From assembly GCF_003018255.1 (NCBI RefSeq), contig NZ_CP027440.1: a stretch of 64,000 nucleotides of DNA; one strand, written 5' to 3'. The notes under the pieces are model-generated. The model did no database searches and was not told the DNA's origin. It saw nothing but the letters and a program-made list of their open reading frames with translations. A program made the translations under genes and the position numbers. The stretch is from Escherichia coli (GTDB lineage Bacteria > Pseudomonadota > Gammaproteobacteria > Enterobacterales > Enterobacteriaceae). This document shows positions 1-11,336 of this stretch, piece after piece; position 1 is the first letter of the stretch; the number at the start of each line of letters is the position of its first letter.

Positions 1-720
1 AGCTCCGCCATGGCGGGCGCGTATGTGGGTCTTGGGATCATCCTGATTTTCACGCTCGGTAATTTGCTCGACCCGTCCGTACGTCCTCTGGTGATGGGCG
101 CGACCTTTGGTATCGCCTTAACGCTGGTCATTATTGCTGGTTCTGAACTGTTCACCGGACACACCATGTTCCTCACCTTTGGAGTGAAAGCGGGCACTAT
201 CAGCCACGGGCAAATGTGGGCAATCCTGCCGCAAACCTGGCTGGGTAACCTGGTTGGTTCCGTCTTTGTTGCCATGCTCTATAGCTGGGGCGGCGGTAGC
301 CTGCTGCCGGTAGATACCAGCATCGTTCACTCCGTCGCGCTGGCTAAAACCACTGCACCGGCAATGGTACTGTTCTTCAAAGGTGCATTGTGTAACTGGC
401 TGGTTTGCCTGGCTATCTGGATGGCGCTGCGCACTGAAGGGGCGGCGAAATTTATCGCTATCTGGTGGTGTCTGCTGGCATTTATCGCGTCCGGCTACGA
501 GCACTCCATCGCTAACATGACGCTGTTCGCCCTCTCCTGGTTTGGCAACCACAGCGAAGCCTACACGCTGGCGGGTATTGGTCATAACCTGCTGTGGGTG
601 ACGCTGGGTAATACTTTATCAGGTGCCGTATTCATGGGATTGGGTTATTGGTATGCTACGCCGAAAGCGAATCGTCCGGTTGCGGACAAATTTAATCAAA
701 CTGAAACAGCTGCCGGTTAA
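1..720 (+). CDS. nirC: Nitrite transporter NirC (FNT family), 3' portion; gene starts upstream of window
   Basis: In-frame ORF from base 1 to stop at 718-720; hydrophobic formate/nitrite transporter-like sequence; position immediately upstream of cysG. Confidence 0.9.
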   Translation, partial: SSAMAGAYVGLGIILIFTLGNLLDPSVRPLVMGATFGIALTLVIIAGSELFTGHTMFLTFGVKAGTISHGQMWAILPQTWLGNLVGSVFVAMLYSWGGGSLLPVDTSIVHSVALAKTTAPAMVLFFKGALCNWLVCLAIWMALRTEGAAKFIAIWWCLLAFIASGYEHSIANMTLFALSWFGNHSEAYTLAGIGHNLLWVTLGNTLSGAVFMGLGYWYATPKANRPVADKFNQTETAAG

Positions 721-738
721 TTACTAAGGGGTTTTTAC

Positions 739-2112
739 GTGGATCATTTGCCTATATTTTGCCAATTACGCGATCGCGACTGTCTGATTGTCGGCGGTGG
801 TGATGTCGCGGAACGCAAAGCAAGGTTACTGTTAGACGCAGGCGCTCGCTTAACGGTGAATGCATTAGCGTTTATTCCACAGTTCACCGCATGGGCAGAT
901 GCAGGCATGTTAACCCTCGTCGAAGGGCCATTTGATGAAAGCCTTCTCGACACCTGCTGGCTGGCGATTGCTGCGACGGATGATGACGCGCTTAACCAGC
1001 GCGTCAGTGAAGCCGCTGAAGCTCGTCGCATCTTCTGTAACGTGGTCGATGCGCCGAAAGCCGCCAGCTTTATTATGCCGTCAATTATTGACCGCTCACC
1101 GCTAATGGTCGCGGTCTCCTCTGGCGGCACCTCTCCGGTTCTGGCGCGCCTGTTGCGCGAAAAACTCGAATCACTGCTGCCGCTGCATCTGGGCCAGGTA
1201 GCGAAATACGCCGGGCAATTACGCGGGCGAGTGAAACAACAGTTCGCCACGATGGGTGAGCGTCGCCGTTTCTGGGAGAAATTGTTCGTTAACGACCGCC
1301 TGGCGCAGTCGCTGGCAAACAACGATCAGAAAGCCATTACTGAAACCACCGAACAGTTAATCAACGAACCGCTCGACCATCGCGGTGAAGTGGTGCTGGT
1401 TGGTGCAGGTCCGGGCGATGCCGGGCTGCTGACACTGAAAGGTCTGCAACAAATTCAGCAGGCAGATGTGGTGGTCTACGACCGTCTGGTTTCTGACGAT
1501 ATTATGAATCTGGTACGCCGCGATGCTGATCGCGTTTTCGTCGGCAAACGCGCGGGATACCACTGCGTACCGCAGGAAGAGATAAACCAGATCCTGCTAC
1601 GGGAAGCGCAAAAAGGCAAACGCGTGGTGCGGCTGAAAGGCGGCGATCCGTTTATTTTTGGCCGTGGTGGCGAAGAGCTGGAAACACTGTGCAACGCGGG
1701 TATTCCGTTCTCGGTGGTTCCGGGTATTACCGCAGCTTCTGGTTGCTCTGCCTATTCGGGTATTCCGCTCACGCATCGCGATTATGCCCAGAGCGTACGC
1801 TTAATTACCGGACACTTAAAAACCGGTGGCGAACTGGACTGGGAAAACCTGGCGGCAGAAAAACAGACGCTGGTGTTCTATATGGGGTTGAATCAGGCCG
1901 CGACTATTCAGCAAAAGCTGATTGAACACGGTATGCCTGGCGAAATGCCGGTGGCAATTGTCGAAAACGGAACGGCAGTCACGCAGCGCGTGATTGACGG
2001 TACACTCTCGCAGCTGGGCGAACTGGCGCAGCAAATGAACAGTCCATCGCTAATTATTATTGGTCGGGTTGTTGGCCTGCGCGATAAATTGAACTGGTTC
2101 TCCAACCATTAA
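739..2112 (+). CDS. cysG: Siroheme synthase (uroporphyrinogen-III methyltransferase / precorrin-2 dehydrogenase / ferrochelatase)
   Basis: 457 aa ORF with GTG start, N-terminus [31 protein letters not shown]-binding VGAGPGD motif. Confidence 0.95.
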   Translation: MDHLPIFCQLRDRDCLIVGGGDVAERKARLLLDAGARLTVNALAFIPQFTAWADAGMLTLVEGPFDESLLDTCWLAIAATDDDALNQRVSEAAEARRIFCNVVDAPKAASFIMPSIIDRSPLMVAVSSGGTSPVLARLLREKLESLLPLHLGQVAKYAGQLRGRVKQQFATMGERRRFWEKLFVNDRLAQSLANNDQKAITETTEQLINEPLDHRGEVVLVGAGPGDAGLLTLKGLQQIQQADVVVYDRLVSDDIMNLVRRDADRVFVGKRAGYHCVPQEEINQILLREAQKGKRVVRLKGGDPFIFGRGGEELETLCNAGIPFSVVPGITAASGCSAYSGIPLTHRDYAQSVRLITGHLKTGGELDWENLAAEKQTLVFYMGLNQAATIQQKLIEHGMPGEMPVAIVENGTAVTQRVIDGTLSQLGELAQQMNSPSLIIIGRVVGLRDKLNWFSNH

Positions 2113-2120
2113 TTTAACCC

Positions 2121-2150
2121 GGGCCAGAGAATTCTGGCCTTCTTAATGAC
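2121..2150 (+). terminator. Putative hairpin after cysG (ggccagagaattctggcc followed by T-rich tract)
   Basis: Inverted repeat read directly in sequence; T tract is interrupted. Confidence 0.35.
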
Positions 2151-2358
2151 TCTTTTTATATATTCAGCAAATAAAACATAACCCCTTAATAAATATTATC
2201 TGCTAATGGGTTATATTCACCGTTACAGCGACTTACAAAATTAAGCCATTCACTCACTGACGCTAATTAAATATTCCTGTATCGTTCTTAATGAGCAGTC
2301 CGCTTATATTCATATAAACAATAAATATTAACCAATATATAATACATAGGGAATGTAA

Positions 2359-2526
2359 ATGAACAAATTTATTGAAGTTACACTGGTAGGTGCGGTACTG
2401 GCTACGTTAACTGCATGTACTGGTCATATTGAAAACCGTGATAAAAACTGCTCTTACGACTACCTGCTGCACCCGGCAATTTCTATTTCTAAAATCATTG
2501 GCGGTTGCGGTCCTACTGCACAGTAA
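2359..2526 (+). CDS. yhfL: Small lipoprotein YhfL (55 aa)
   Basis: ATG at 2359, translation MNKFIEVTLVGAVLATLTACTGH... with lipobox LTAC; below 60 aa so absent from ORF track. Confidence 0.8.
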   Translation: MNKFIEVTLVGAVLATLTACTGHIENRDKNCSYDYLLHPAISISKIIGGCGPTAQ

Positions 2527-2568
2527 GTCTCTGACTGAAAGCGGCTAACACCGGTTTAATTGCCTGAC

Positions 2569-2600
2569 GCCCTCGGGGTTACCCGAGGGCGTATTTATTT
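2569..2600. terminator. Rho-independent terminator between convergent yhfL and yhfS
   Basis: Stem gccctcggg / cccgagggc with 4-nt loop, followed by gtatttattt. Confidence 0.6.
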
Positions 2601-2632
2601 CTGCATTCTTTTCGAAAACATCATGCACAAGA

Positions 2633-3718
2633 TTAAATACTGGCAATACTCTCACGCAAAATCCGCAGCACCGTCTCTTCACCGCTGCGATTTGGGTTAA
2701 TACGAATCGCGTAATGTTCGAGTTGCGGATTCGCCTGGCGAAACGTTCCGGAAAGTCGATAAAAAAGTGGCGGAATTTCATATTTCGACTCTGCACCAAC
2801 CGGGTAAGGCAAGGCACCGCGCTTTTGCGCCTCTTCCAGCACTCTGGCGGCAATCGGCTGATGAAACTCGACAATCAACACTTTCGACTGCGCATTGGCA
2901 ATCACCGCGCTTTTCACTTCCGCCACTGCGCCACCGTTAAGTAAAGCCAGCAACCGTTCAGATACCCCCGCCTGCACCGCGTGCATCACTGGCGCAAACA
3001 CCAGCCCACGCAAGACTTCCAACGCCTGAGCGCCCTGAATCTGGCTGCCGCCGGAGTAGAGCGTGGCGCGAATACGGTTAATAACATCAGCATCGCCTAC
3101 CACCGCGCCAACACCCTCTGGCCCAAATAGCTTGAAGCAGGAAAATGTCGAGACATTCGCCCCGCATTCACAGCCGATTCGCGCTACCTTCATCACCGCA
3201 TAGTTGTCATCGGTTAACGCTGGAACACCTGCCGCGCGCAACGTTGCTAGCACGTCTGCCAGCACATAGCGGTCCTGCGGCTGCTGGCGCGTATGCTGCA
3301 CCAGCGCCGCATCCGGTTGTTGCGCTTCAATGATTTGTTTAAGCGCCGACAGATCATTGAAATCAGCCGTAATGAGCGTTAGCCCCATCTGCTCAATAAT
3401 AACCCGTGTCGTCGGGTAAACAGGCGCGTCATGCACCAGAAGACGCTGCCCCGGTATGAGCAAAGCTGCCAGCGCCGCACGGATCGCGCCAGTACCCGCG
3501 CCCTGTACCAGCGCCGCGGCCTGTGAGTGAAACGCGTCAGCCAGCACCTGTTCCACACGCTGGGTAATGCGCGGTTGATTCAGTCCCGGCGTTAATCCCA
3601 AATCACCGCAGGTAAGAAATTCGCTACCAGGAAAATGGCGGCAAATCGTGTCCACCAGCGCAAACTGCTTTTGCTGCGCCTCAATAATCGTCAGGCTTTG
3701 CAGAGGAAACGTCTTCAT
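2633..3718 (-). CDS. yhfS: Putative PLP-dependent aminotransferase-like protein YhfS
   Basis: 361 aa ORF; size and order match the K-12 yhfS-yhfZ cluster. Confidence 0.85.
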   Translation of the reverse strand: MKTFPLQSLTIIEAQQKQFALVDTICRHFPGSEFLTCGDLGLTPGLNQPRITQRVEQVLADAFHSQAAALVQGAGTGAIRAALAALLIPGQRLLVHDAPVYPTTRVIIEQMGLTLITADFNDLSALKQIIEAQQPDAALVQHTRQQPQDRYVLADVLATLRAAGVPALTDDNYAVMKVARIGCECGANVSTFSCFKLFGPEGVGAVVGDADVINRIRATLYSGGSQIQGAQALEVLRGLVFAPVMHAVQAGVSERLLALLNGGAVAEVKSAVIANAQSKVLIVEFHQPIAARVLEEAQKRGALPYPVGAESKYEIPPLFYRLSGTFRQANPQLEHYAIRINPNRSGEETVLRILRESIASI

Positions 3719-3729
3719 AGGTGCCTTCC

Positions 3730-5034
3730 TTAAGCCGGAACGAACAGGCCAAGCCAGTAAAGAACATTCAGCAGAATACCGGTGATCATTACTGCCACGA
3801 CCGGTGCCGCCATTTTCTGTACCGGACGGCCCAGGGATTCGTTGAGGAAGTAAATGGCAACTGCGATAGAAAATCCGGTATAACCCGCCATTTTAATTGC
3901 TGCGAAAATCGAACCGACCAGCAACGCCACTTCCATCAGCATATTCATGGCGTTACGGATGTTATCCGACGCATTACGCACCGACGGGTAGCGCCCCAGC
4001 CATTTGCCGATCGAACGAAGCAGCAGGACTTCCGCCGAAATAACCACTGCGCCTAATACCGCTGCAACCATCGGATTCGGCGAGAGATAGCCCACCGCAT
4101 AAACAAAGGTAAAGCCCGCAACTGCATACACACCCGTTGCTAACGCGGTGGTGGCAATCAACGGCACAAACCCCAGTCCGCGCATGAATTCTGCCAGAGC
4201 CGCCTGATTAATCAGCGTTTGCGATTGTTCCGGCGTTACGCCTGCGGAATATGCTTTCTCCAGTGTGAAGATCGAAACTTCGCTACCAGCAAAAATCTTC
4301 ATGCTGGCAACGGCGGCAATCAGCGCCCCGACAATAGCGATATACGGTAAGTTTTTGATAATCCGTGACGTGCGTTCTTCAAACACCGACATACCGCTGG
4401 CATCGATATCATTTTCATCACGATGACGCAGGTCATGAGTTATTGCGATCCCCAGCAGCATCACCATGCCAATAAAGATTTCGATGGATTCAGGGTTAAG
4501 ATGTGGGAAATAGCGCACGACGACCACACGGGTCATCAGTACCACCACGGCGGCGATCAGACTTTGCTTCCAGCCAAACTGGTAGAAAATCGCCACCAAC
4601 GGGAACAGTGCAAAAGCTGAAACCACCGGCGAGCTTAATTCCCCCAGGCTACCTAATACATCCACCGGTAGCGCGGTCAGCAGCTGGTTTACCGGTAACA
4701 GGCAAGTAAGGATCAACACGCCCCAGATAGCGCCAAGACCAAACGCCATCAGGCTGTTTATCGCCAGTACGCCGAGGATATCGGTAGGAAGAAAGAGTAA
4801 CCATGCGTTGAGCAGTCCGGTTTTCAGGGTAAAAGAGATCCCCACCGAAGCCACAAAACCAATGCTCAGACCAAAAGCGATACTCCCCGCCTCGCGACGG
4901 TTCATATAGCCTTCAATCAGTTGCGGCAGGATCGGGCGGATACCGTCATGAAAAACGGCCGCCGAGCGATGCGCCAGAAGCGATGTCATACCCGTCAGGC
5001 ACGCCACCACGATAATCTGAATATACAGATCCAT
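3730..5034 (-). CDS. yhfT: Inner membrane protein YhfT
   Basis: 434 aa strongly hydrophobic multi-TM ORF; position in yhf cluster. Confidence 0.85.
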   Translation of the reverse strand: MDLYIQIIVVACLTGMTSLLAHRSAAVFHDGIRPILPQLIEGYMNRREAGSIAFGLSIGFVASVGISFTLKTGLLNAWLLFLPTDILGVLAINSLMAFGLGAIWGVLILTCLLPVNQLLTALPVDVLGSLGELSSPVVSAFALFPLVAIFYQFGWKQSLIAAVVVLMTRVVVVRYFPHLNPESIEIFIGMVMLLGIAITHDLRHRDENDIDASGMSVFEERTSRIIKNLPYIAIVGALIAAVASMKIFAGSEVSIFTLEKAYSAGVTPEQSQTLINQAALAEFMRGLGFVPLIATTALATGVYAVAGFTFVYAVGYLSPNPMVAAVLGAVVISAEVLLLRSIGKWLGRYPSVRNASDNIRNAMNMLMEVALLVGSIFAAIKMAGYTGFSIAVAIYFLNESLGRPVQKMAAPVVAVMITGILLNVLYWLGLFVPA

Positions 5035-5045
5035 AGTCGTGCCTT

Positions 5046-5399
5046 TTATTTCAGATGGTTAATCAGCATCGGAATCGCGTGTTCGACGTGCTCAACGGAA
5101 AGCCCAAACGCCACTTTCCCTTCGGCGATCATTTTGGCGATATGTTCGTCTTTCGCTTTAATGCCTGGTTTGGCAATGGTGCAACTTTTGTTATAGCCAA
5201 TCACCGCGATGGCAATCGACAATGCCGCGCCCGCACCGGTATTACACGCGCCGATGTAGTAATCCAGTTGCCCGGATTTGACTTTCATTGCCGCTTCCAT
5301 GTCGTTGTGAATGAAAACTTCAAAACAGCCAGGAGCCGTCGCTTCAATGGTTTTTTTAATCTGCTCACGCTGTAAGCCTGCAACACCAATCTTTTTCAT
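5046..5399 (-). CDS. yhfU: Small protein YhfU (DUF2620-like), 117 aa
   Basis: ORF track gives 130 aa; start trimmed to MKKIGVAGL (ATG 5397-5399) to fit the known 117 aa size and avoid overlap with php. Confidence 0.75.
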   Translation of the reverse strand: MKKIGVAGLQREQIKKTIEATAPGCFEVFIHNDMEAAMKVKSGQLDYYIGACNTGAGAALSIAIAVIGYNKSCTIAKPGIKAKDEHIAKMIAEGKVAFGLSVEHVEHAIPMLINHLK

Positions 5400-5409
5400 G
5401 AGTCTGTCC

Positions 5410-6288
5410 TTATTGGAAAAATTGAGAGGGAGTTTCACGTAACATCACATCCACATCGGCCTGACTGAATCCTGACTGGCGCAATTGCGGAATAAAGGTG
5501 GTCAATAAATAGTCATAGCCATAACCACCGTTGGCTTTTAAATGGGAGCGGCGCGTAATATCCATCGACAGCATGACGCGGTTAAGCAAACCTCGGTCAC
5601 GTAGCGCGTGGAGCATCGCAATGCGCTTTTCGTCCGGGTAGTAACTGTTCTTACCGATGGTGTCGAACTGCACATACGCGCCGAGATCGATCATCTTCAC
5701 AATGTTGTCGAGGTTGTCTTTCAGATCGCAGTGACCAACGGTGACGCGCGAAAGATCAACTCCGTGGGCTTGCAGTAGCGCCAGTTGTTCCAGCCCCATG
5801 GTGCTAAAAGAGGTATGCGTGGAGATCGGGCGTCCGGTCTGGTTATGCGCCAGCGCGGCGGCAATAAATACCTTCTCTTCCAGCGGCGTGATTTTTCCTT
5901 CGCTGGAGCCTATCTCCGCGATGATCCCGGCTTTCAGCTCCGTGCCATCGATACCCTGTTCAATTTCATCGACCATCTCTTGCGCCAGTTCCTGCACGCT
6001 GCGGGTCGCCACATGTTCCGGGAAAAACGCGTCCTGGTAATAACCGGTACAGGCCACCACGTTGATCCCGGTTTCGCGCATTACATCGAGCATAAATTGC
6101 GCATTGCGCCCCATGTAACGGTTGGTCATCTCAATCACATTACGCACGCCCTGGGCCATCAGGTCGTTCATCTCCTGGCAAATGAACGCATACTGATCAA
6201 GGCGGCAGTCCACGTTGTTTTTAAAGCCGGAGAGATCAATATGCAGATGCTCATGGGCGAGGGTGTAGCCCGTCGGATCAAAACTCAT
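5410..6288 (-). CDS. php: Phosphotriesterase homology protein
   Basis: 292 aa, N-terminal HEHLHID metal-binding motif typical of amidohydrolase/PTE family. Confidence 0.9.
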   Translation of the reverse strand: MSFDPTGYTLAHEHLHIDLSGFKNNVDCRLDQYAFICQEMNDLMAQGVRNVIEMTNRYMGRNAQFMLDVMRETGINVVACTGYYQDAFFPEHVATRSVQELAQEMVDEIEQGIDGTELKAGIIAEIGSSEGKITPLEEKVFIAAALAHNQTGRPISTHTSFSTMGLEQLALLQAHGVDLSRVTVGHCDLKDNLDNIVKMIDLGAYVQFDTIGKNSYYPDEKRIAMLHALRDRGLLNRVMLSMDITRRSHLKANGGYGYDYLLTTFIPQLRQSGFSQADVDVMLRETPSQFFQ

Positions 6289-7511
6289 AGGGTGTCTCCT
6301 GCAAACCGGAGGGAGGAAAGAAAAGAGCGACCATTTTGTGGCGGTGGCGCGCGGAAAAATTCACATACGGTAGCCCCCACATCAGAAAGCGTGGTGAGCA
6401 CACCAAGCTGCGTAGCGACCATCCCTTGCTGATAAACCAGCACTGGCACCACTTCGCGGGTATGGTGGCTGTGACCAATGGTCGGATCGTTACCGTGATC
6501 CGCCATCACGACCAGGCAATCATCTGGCTGCATCGCCTCAATAAGCCGGGCAAGGTTACGGTCAACGACCTGCAAACGTTCCGCATAACGTGCGACGTCT
6601 TCTGCATGACCAGCGAGGTCGGTTTCCTGGATATTGGTACAAATAAACGCCGTCGGATGGGTGTTAAATTCGTTGAAGGTGATATCCATAATCCGCTGGC
6701 TATCCACCAGGTTTTGCCAGCTCACGCCATAAGGATTACTGGCAATATCCGCCACTTTCCCCACCAGCACGGTTGGTACGCCCACTTCATACAGTTTTTG
6801 TGGCACCTGCACTTTTTCATCGACGCCGTAGCCCATATGCACGACCTGGAAGCCGTTGTCATAAGCGCCAGAACGCGGCGCATTGATGCCAATAAAGCGC
6901 CCTTCTTTGCTTTCTGCGGCATCGAGGATGCGCTGGCTGTCGGTTAACAGGCCACCAAATGTAATGACCCGACCGACCTGTACCTGCTCACGCACGATAC
7001 GACCAATTTTGATTGCGTCGTCAAAAGAGATCACAGAGAGATTGGCGGTGATGTTATAGACCTGACCTAAATCCGCCTCGAGATTATCGCCAATCGCAAC
7101 CGCCTGATTGACCCACAGAAATTGCAGATCATCGCCACGGCGCTCCACCTGCCAGTCAGCGTTAAGTAATGCTTGCTCAACACGGTCAATCACATCGCGA
7201 AAGGGCATCCGTAGCGGCGGTAACGGGCGCGTGCCTAAAATTTCCTGATGCCCCATAAAGGTATCGCCACCTTCATGTTGCAGCTCTGCCACGCCCCAGG
7301 TTGCGGAGTCTGACGGCTGCATATCTCCAGGCGCATAACCTAATGCGTTGATTAGCCCCATTTTCTCCAGCATTGGTAGCTGCAAATGCGGCAACTGGCT
7401 CAGGATGTGACCACAGGTATTTGCCCCGGCATCCTGCGGACGCACCAACGTGACATCTTTCATTGCCCCTACGCCAAAGCTATCAATCACTAACACCACA
7501 AATCGCGCCAT
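6285..7511 (-). CDS. yhfW: Phosphopentomutase-like metalloenzyme YhfW
   Basis: 408 aa ORF, 4-nt overlap with php start; position in yhf cluster. Confidence 0.85.
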   Translation of the reverse strand: MARFVVLVIDSFGVGAMKDVTLVRPQDAGANTCGHILSQLPHLQLPMLEKMGLINALGYAPGDMQPSDSATWGVAELQHEGGDTFMGHQEILGTRPLPPLRMPFRDVIDRVEQALLNADWQVERRGDDLQFLWVNQAVAIGDNLEADLGQVYNITANLSVISFDDAIKIGRIVREQVQVGRVITFGGLLTDSQRILDAAESKEGRFIGINAPRSGAYDNGFQVVHMGYGVDEKVQVPQKLYEVGVPTVLVGKVADIASNPYGVSWQNLVDSQRIMDITFNEFNTHPTAFICTNIQETDLAGHAEDVARYAERLQVVDRNLARLIEAMQPDDCLVVMADHGNDPTIGHSHHTREVVPVLVYQQGMVATQLGVLTTLSDVGATVCEFFRAPPPQNGRSFLSSLRFAGDTL

Positions 7512-8674
7512 TACGCCCCCAGAGAGTTTCCAAGACTGTCATAACGACCGACGATTTCTGGTTCGCCACGGTGAATACCGGACAGCAACACCACATCGCT
7601 ACGGGTGACAAAAATCTGCGTGCGAAAACAGAGCACTACTGCACTGCTTACCGGAAACTCGCCTGCCAGCGGCAGGGTGTAGTCGATACTGCTGTCATCC
7701 ACAGTTTTGAGATTGGTTTCAGTAATCTTTTGATTTTCTGGCGTAAACACCAGCGCATGTTGCGCGTGACCACGACGGTAGTAACCGCCGCCGTAGCAGT
7801 AGCTGTCGCCACGAAAATGATGGGAGATTTCACTTAACCAGAGCATCGCGATACGTTCAGGCTGATCGCCCTGCTGGTTTGCCGGAATCGTCCCCGTCAG
7901 CGCATGACCGGGTTCGGCATGAGTCACACCGTATTCCGCCAGCAATGGCAGCGAAGTGCAGCTGGTCGCAGAAGGTGCGTTCAGTTGCTCAATCGCAATA
8001 CCAGATTTCGCCAGTTGATCCCGTGCCTGTATCAGCGTGTGAAGATTCGGTGTCGGCAAAACTTTCCCGGCAGCCTCATCCCAAAGCAGGCAAGGGAAAT
8101 GGGTTAGTCCGGCTAAATGCAGCCCCGGCAGTTTCTTAATATCAGCAACCACCTCGTGCAGCGAATGCTGTACAAAACCGCTCTCCTGCCCCGGATAAAG
8201 AAAATCATCGTCGCTATAAACTTTGAGCAGCACAGACTGCACACGTCCGGCCTTCACCGCTGCTGCAGAAACTTCCCGCGCTTTATCGAGAGTAAACACG
8301 GTGATGACGTCAGTTCCCTGTGCAACGGCGTCAGAAACCTGGTGACAAGGGATTTGCACCAGATGCCCCTGATGCGCCAACGGCAGACCGGCGCGGCGCA
8401 TGACCCGCGCCTCTTTGTAATCCACCGCCACAATGCCGCTGTAGCCCAGTGCCAGAAGTTTTTCCGCCAGCCACGGATTACGGCCAAACTGCTTGGTCAT
8501 CAGATACAGTTCAATGCCGTAAAGTCGCGCCGTCTCAATCAGCCGCTTACCGTTTTCCAGTATCTGATCCACATCGATCACCCAGCTGTCCGGGGCGATC
8601 TTGCCCTGCTGCCACAAACTTAGTGCGGCGGAAATCAGCGCCGGGTTCTGGCGTTTCAATGCTTCTACAAACAT
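7511..8674 (-). CDS. yhfX: Alanine racemase-like (PLP barrel) protein YhfX
   Basis: 387 aa ORF, 1-nt overlap with yhfW; position in yhf cluster. Confidence 0.85.
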   Translation of the reverse strand: MFVEALKRQNPALISAALSLWQQGKIAPDSWVIDVDQILENGKRLIETARLYGIELYLMTKQFGRNPWLAEKLLALGYSGIVAVDYKEARVMRRAGLPLAHQGHLVQIPCHQVSDAVAQGTDVITVFTLDKAREVSAAAVKAGRVQSVLLKVYSDDDFLYPGQESGFVQHSLHEVVADIKKLPGLHLAGLTHFPCLLWDEAAGKVLPTPNLHTLIQARDQLAKSGIAIEQLNAPSATSCTSLPLLAEYGVTHAEPGHALTGTIPANQQGDQPERIAMLWLSEISHHFRGDSYCYGGGYYRRGHAQHALVFTPENQKITETNLKTVDDSSIDYTLPLAGEFPVSSAVVLCFRTQIFVTRSDVVLLSGIHRGEPEIVGRYDSLGNSLGA

Positions 8675-8757
8675 CTTGTTGCCTCGTTTCTGTTCCTTGA
8701 ATTAAATATTCATTTTTCTGAATATTTAGATTATGCGACGTGGATTTGTCGGGAGCT

Positions 8758-9120
8758 TCAAACCTCTTCGTTAGCAGCCATCCATAATCCATAAAGATTA
8801 GCCAGCAAATAGCCTTCTTCACACGGCTTAACTTCCAGTGCGAATTCCTTCAACAACACCTGATGCAATTGCACAACGGCTTGCCAGTGGCTGGATTGCG
8901 CCAGCTCTGCCAGCAATTCGTCATCCAGCGGCTCTATTTCTTCACCACGGCGACTGCGCATCAGTGCGCTCGCCATATGTGTCATCGCCATCATTCCTTG
9001 CTCGCTGCGCACCGGTAGATGACACTCTGTTTCCAGTACGTTGACGACCTGCATCATGCCTTTGCAGATGTCCTTATCAATAACGCCTGCCTCACAAAGC
9101 AGGTTGAGTCTGGTTTCCAT
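8758..9120 (-). CDS. yhfY: Protein YhfY, 120 aa
   Basis: ORF track 160 aa; start trimmed to METRLNLL (ATG 9118-9120) to fit known size and avoid overlap with yhfZ. Confidence 0.75.
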   Translation of the reverse strand: METRLNLLCEAGVIDKDICKGMMQVVNVLETECHLPVRSEQGMMAMTHMASALMRSRRGEEIEPLDDELLAELAQSSHWQAVVQLHQVLLKEFALEVKPCEEGYLLANLYGLWMAANEEV

Positions 9121-9136
9121 TTCAGATGCCTTTCGT

Positions 9137-10042
9137 TTAATAACTCGGTTCCTGTTCCCCACTGACCACTCGTTGTTGATGGGCAAGCAGGGCCTGTTTA
9201 TCAACAACTGCACGCAGCAATTGTTGCATTGGGTAATCATCGACTCGCGTCAAAACTACGGCTTCGGTGGCCTGTAAAAATCGCGGATCGTCTGTGAGCG
9301 GCGTCGCTTCTAATCCCAGCATGGTCAGTTCGTTTTCCGCCACCACGTTCCAGATCACCGCATCAACATCGCCTTTAACAATGCGTTGTAAACTCTCGTG
9401 ATAAGAGAGATCGACTCGTTCCACATCACTATCGCCAAAAAAGACATCGGTCATGATTTTCTGATCCGCCGAACGGTTATCCAGCCCCACGCGATTCACG
9501 TTTGCGGACTCGCCTTTACGGCAAATCAACTGGTGCTCGCCAACGTAGGTGTGCGGCCCCAACTCCAGCGCGAGGCATAACCCTTTTTGCGTGAGATAAC
9601 TTTCCGCCGCCAGTCGGGAAACAACCGCCATGTCATACACGCCGTTAAGTAAACACTCCACGCGAATATCCGCGCCGCGCATGTGCGCATAGTAAAAAGG
9701 AATACCATCAAACTGAGCTTTCAATCCGCTCGCCAGGCCTTCGTACAAACGGGTATAGGGCAAGGGCATCGCGCACACCACATTGTTGATATCCACATGA
9801 CTCAGCAATGCTTTGTTATCCATTTCCACCAGATAACTGCCATTACGCCCACGGCGTTCTATCCGTATCGCTCCGCTTGATTCCAGCGTTTTCAACGCGG
9901 CCTGCGTCAGGCCAACGGATGAACGGCATTCAGTTGCCAGTTCATCTATGGTTTTCAGTCGATTACCGCACTTTTCACCCAACAAATAACGGGCCAGTGT
10001 CGTGATGACGACGCCTTCTTTTTTGATAAACGTTCGACGCAT
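9137..10042 (-). CDS. yhfZ: Protein YhfZ (putative regulator of the yhf cluster)
   Basis: 301 aa ORF, first gene of the minus-strand cluster; position. Confidence 0.8.
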   Translation of the reverse strand: MRRTFIKKEGVVITTLARYLLGEKCGNRLKTIDELATECRSSVGLTQAALKTLESSGAIRIERRGRNGSYLVEMDNKALLSHVDINNVVCAMPLPYTRLYEGLASGLKAQFDGIPFYYAHMRGADIRVECLLNGVYDMAVVSRLAAESYLTQKGLCLALELGPHTYVGEHQLICRKGESANVNRVGLDNRSADQKIMTDVFFGDSDVERVDLSYHESLQRIVKGDVDAVIWNVVAENELTMLGLEATPLTDDPRFLQATEAVVLTRVDDYPMQQLLRAVVDKQALLAHQQRVVSGEQEPSY

Positions 10043-10208
10043 AATAAATTTTCAGTAAATTGAATATTTATATCTTCAGGAATTTGAAGATAAGGCGCAA
10101 CAGCGAGATGTGGAAACGGCGAGGCACTTCACATTTTTTCGGATTATTGCAAATGAGGATAAAAAAACCGGGTTTCCCCGGTTTCAGAGTGATGATAAAA
10201 GCAAAATT

Positions 10209-10301
10209 GCCTGATGCGCTACGCTTATCAGGCCTACATTTCCTTGCAATATGTGCATTACTTTGTAGGCCGGATAAGGCGTTCACGCCGCATCCGGCAT
10301 G
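10209..10301. repeat. REP/BIME element (two inverted REP units)
   Basis: gcctgatgcgctacgcttatcaggcctac and gtaggccggataaggcgttcacgccgcatccggca, matching E. coli REP consensus. Confidence 0.65.
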
Positions 10302-10331
10302 AACAAAGCGCAATTTGCCAGCAATAGTGAA

Positions 10332-11336
10332 TTACGGCTTCGCCACAAAACCAATCGCTTCGTACACCGCTTTCAGCGTACGAGAAGCGTGTGCACTGGC
10401 TTTTTCCGCGCCATCTTTCATCACCTGTTGCAGGAAGGCTTCGTCATTGCGGAAACGGTGATAGCGTTCCTGCAATTCAGTCAGCATACCGGAAACGGCA
10501 TCAGCCACTTCGCCTTTCAGATGACCATACATCTTGCCTTCGAACTGTTTTTCCAGTTCCGGGATGCTCTGGCCCGTTACCGCAGAAAGGATATCCAGCA
10601 GGTTGGAAACGCCCGCTTTGTTCTGCACATCGTAGCGAACTACCGGCGGCTCGTCGGAGTCAGTGACCGCACGTTTGATTTTCTTCACTACCGATTTCGG
10701 ATCTTCCAGCAGGCCGATAACGTTATTGCGGTTATCGTCAGACTTGGACATCTTTTTGGTCGGCTCCAGCAGCGACATTACGCGCGCGCCAGATTTCGGA
10801 ATAAACGGCTCCGGCACTTTAAAGATCTCGCCATACAGCGCGTTGAAACGCTGGGCGATATCGCGGCTCAGTTCCAGGTGCTGTTTCTGGTCTTCACCGA
10901 CCGGTACCAGATTAGTTTGATACAGCAGGATGTCCGCAGCCATCAGCACCGGATAGTCAAACAGACCAGCATTGATGTTCTCGGCATAACGCGCAGATTT
11001 ATCTTTAAACTGCGTCATGCGGCTCAGTTCGCCGAAGTAGGTATAGCAGTTCAGTGCCCAGCCTAACTGTGCATGTTCCGGCACGTGGGACTGAACAAAA
11101 ATGGTGCTTTTCTCAGGATCGATACCACAAGCCAGATACAAGGCCAGCGTATCCAGCGTCGCTTTACGCAGCTTCTGTGCATCCTGGCGCACGGTGATCG
11201 CGTGTTGGTCAACGATACAGTAAATGCAATGATAGTCATCCTGCATGTTTACCCACTGACGCAGCGCACCCATGTAGTTACCAATGGTCAATTCACCTGA
11301 GGGCTGTGCGCCACTAAAAACGATGGGCTTAGTCAT
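10332..11336 (-). CDS. trpS: Tryptophan--tRNA ligase
   Basis: 334 aa; class I aaRS motifs TIGNYMG (HIGH-like) and KMSKS. Confidence 0.95.
   Translation of the reverse strand: MTKPIVFSGAQPSGELTIGNYMGALRQWVNMQDDYHCIYCIVDQHAITVRQDAQKLRKATLDTLALYLACGIDPEKSTIFVQSHVPEHAQLGWALNCYTYFGELSRMTQFKDKSARYAENINAGLFDYPVLMAADILLYQTNLVPVGEDQKQHLELSRDIAQRFNALYGEIFKVPEPFIPKSGARVMSLLEPTKKMSKSDDNRNNVIGLLEDPKSVVKKIKRAVTDSDEPPVVRYDVQNKAGVSNLLDILSAVTGQSIPELEKQFEGKMYGHLKGEVADAVSGMLTELQERYHRFRNDEAFLQQVMKDGAEKASAHASRTLKAVYEAIGFVAKP

Noticed and set aside
10299-11066. 255 aa ORF antisense to trpS
   Set aside because: Shadow ORF fully contained within a highly conserved essential gene on the other strand; His/Arg/Phe-rich composition typical of antisense frames
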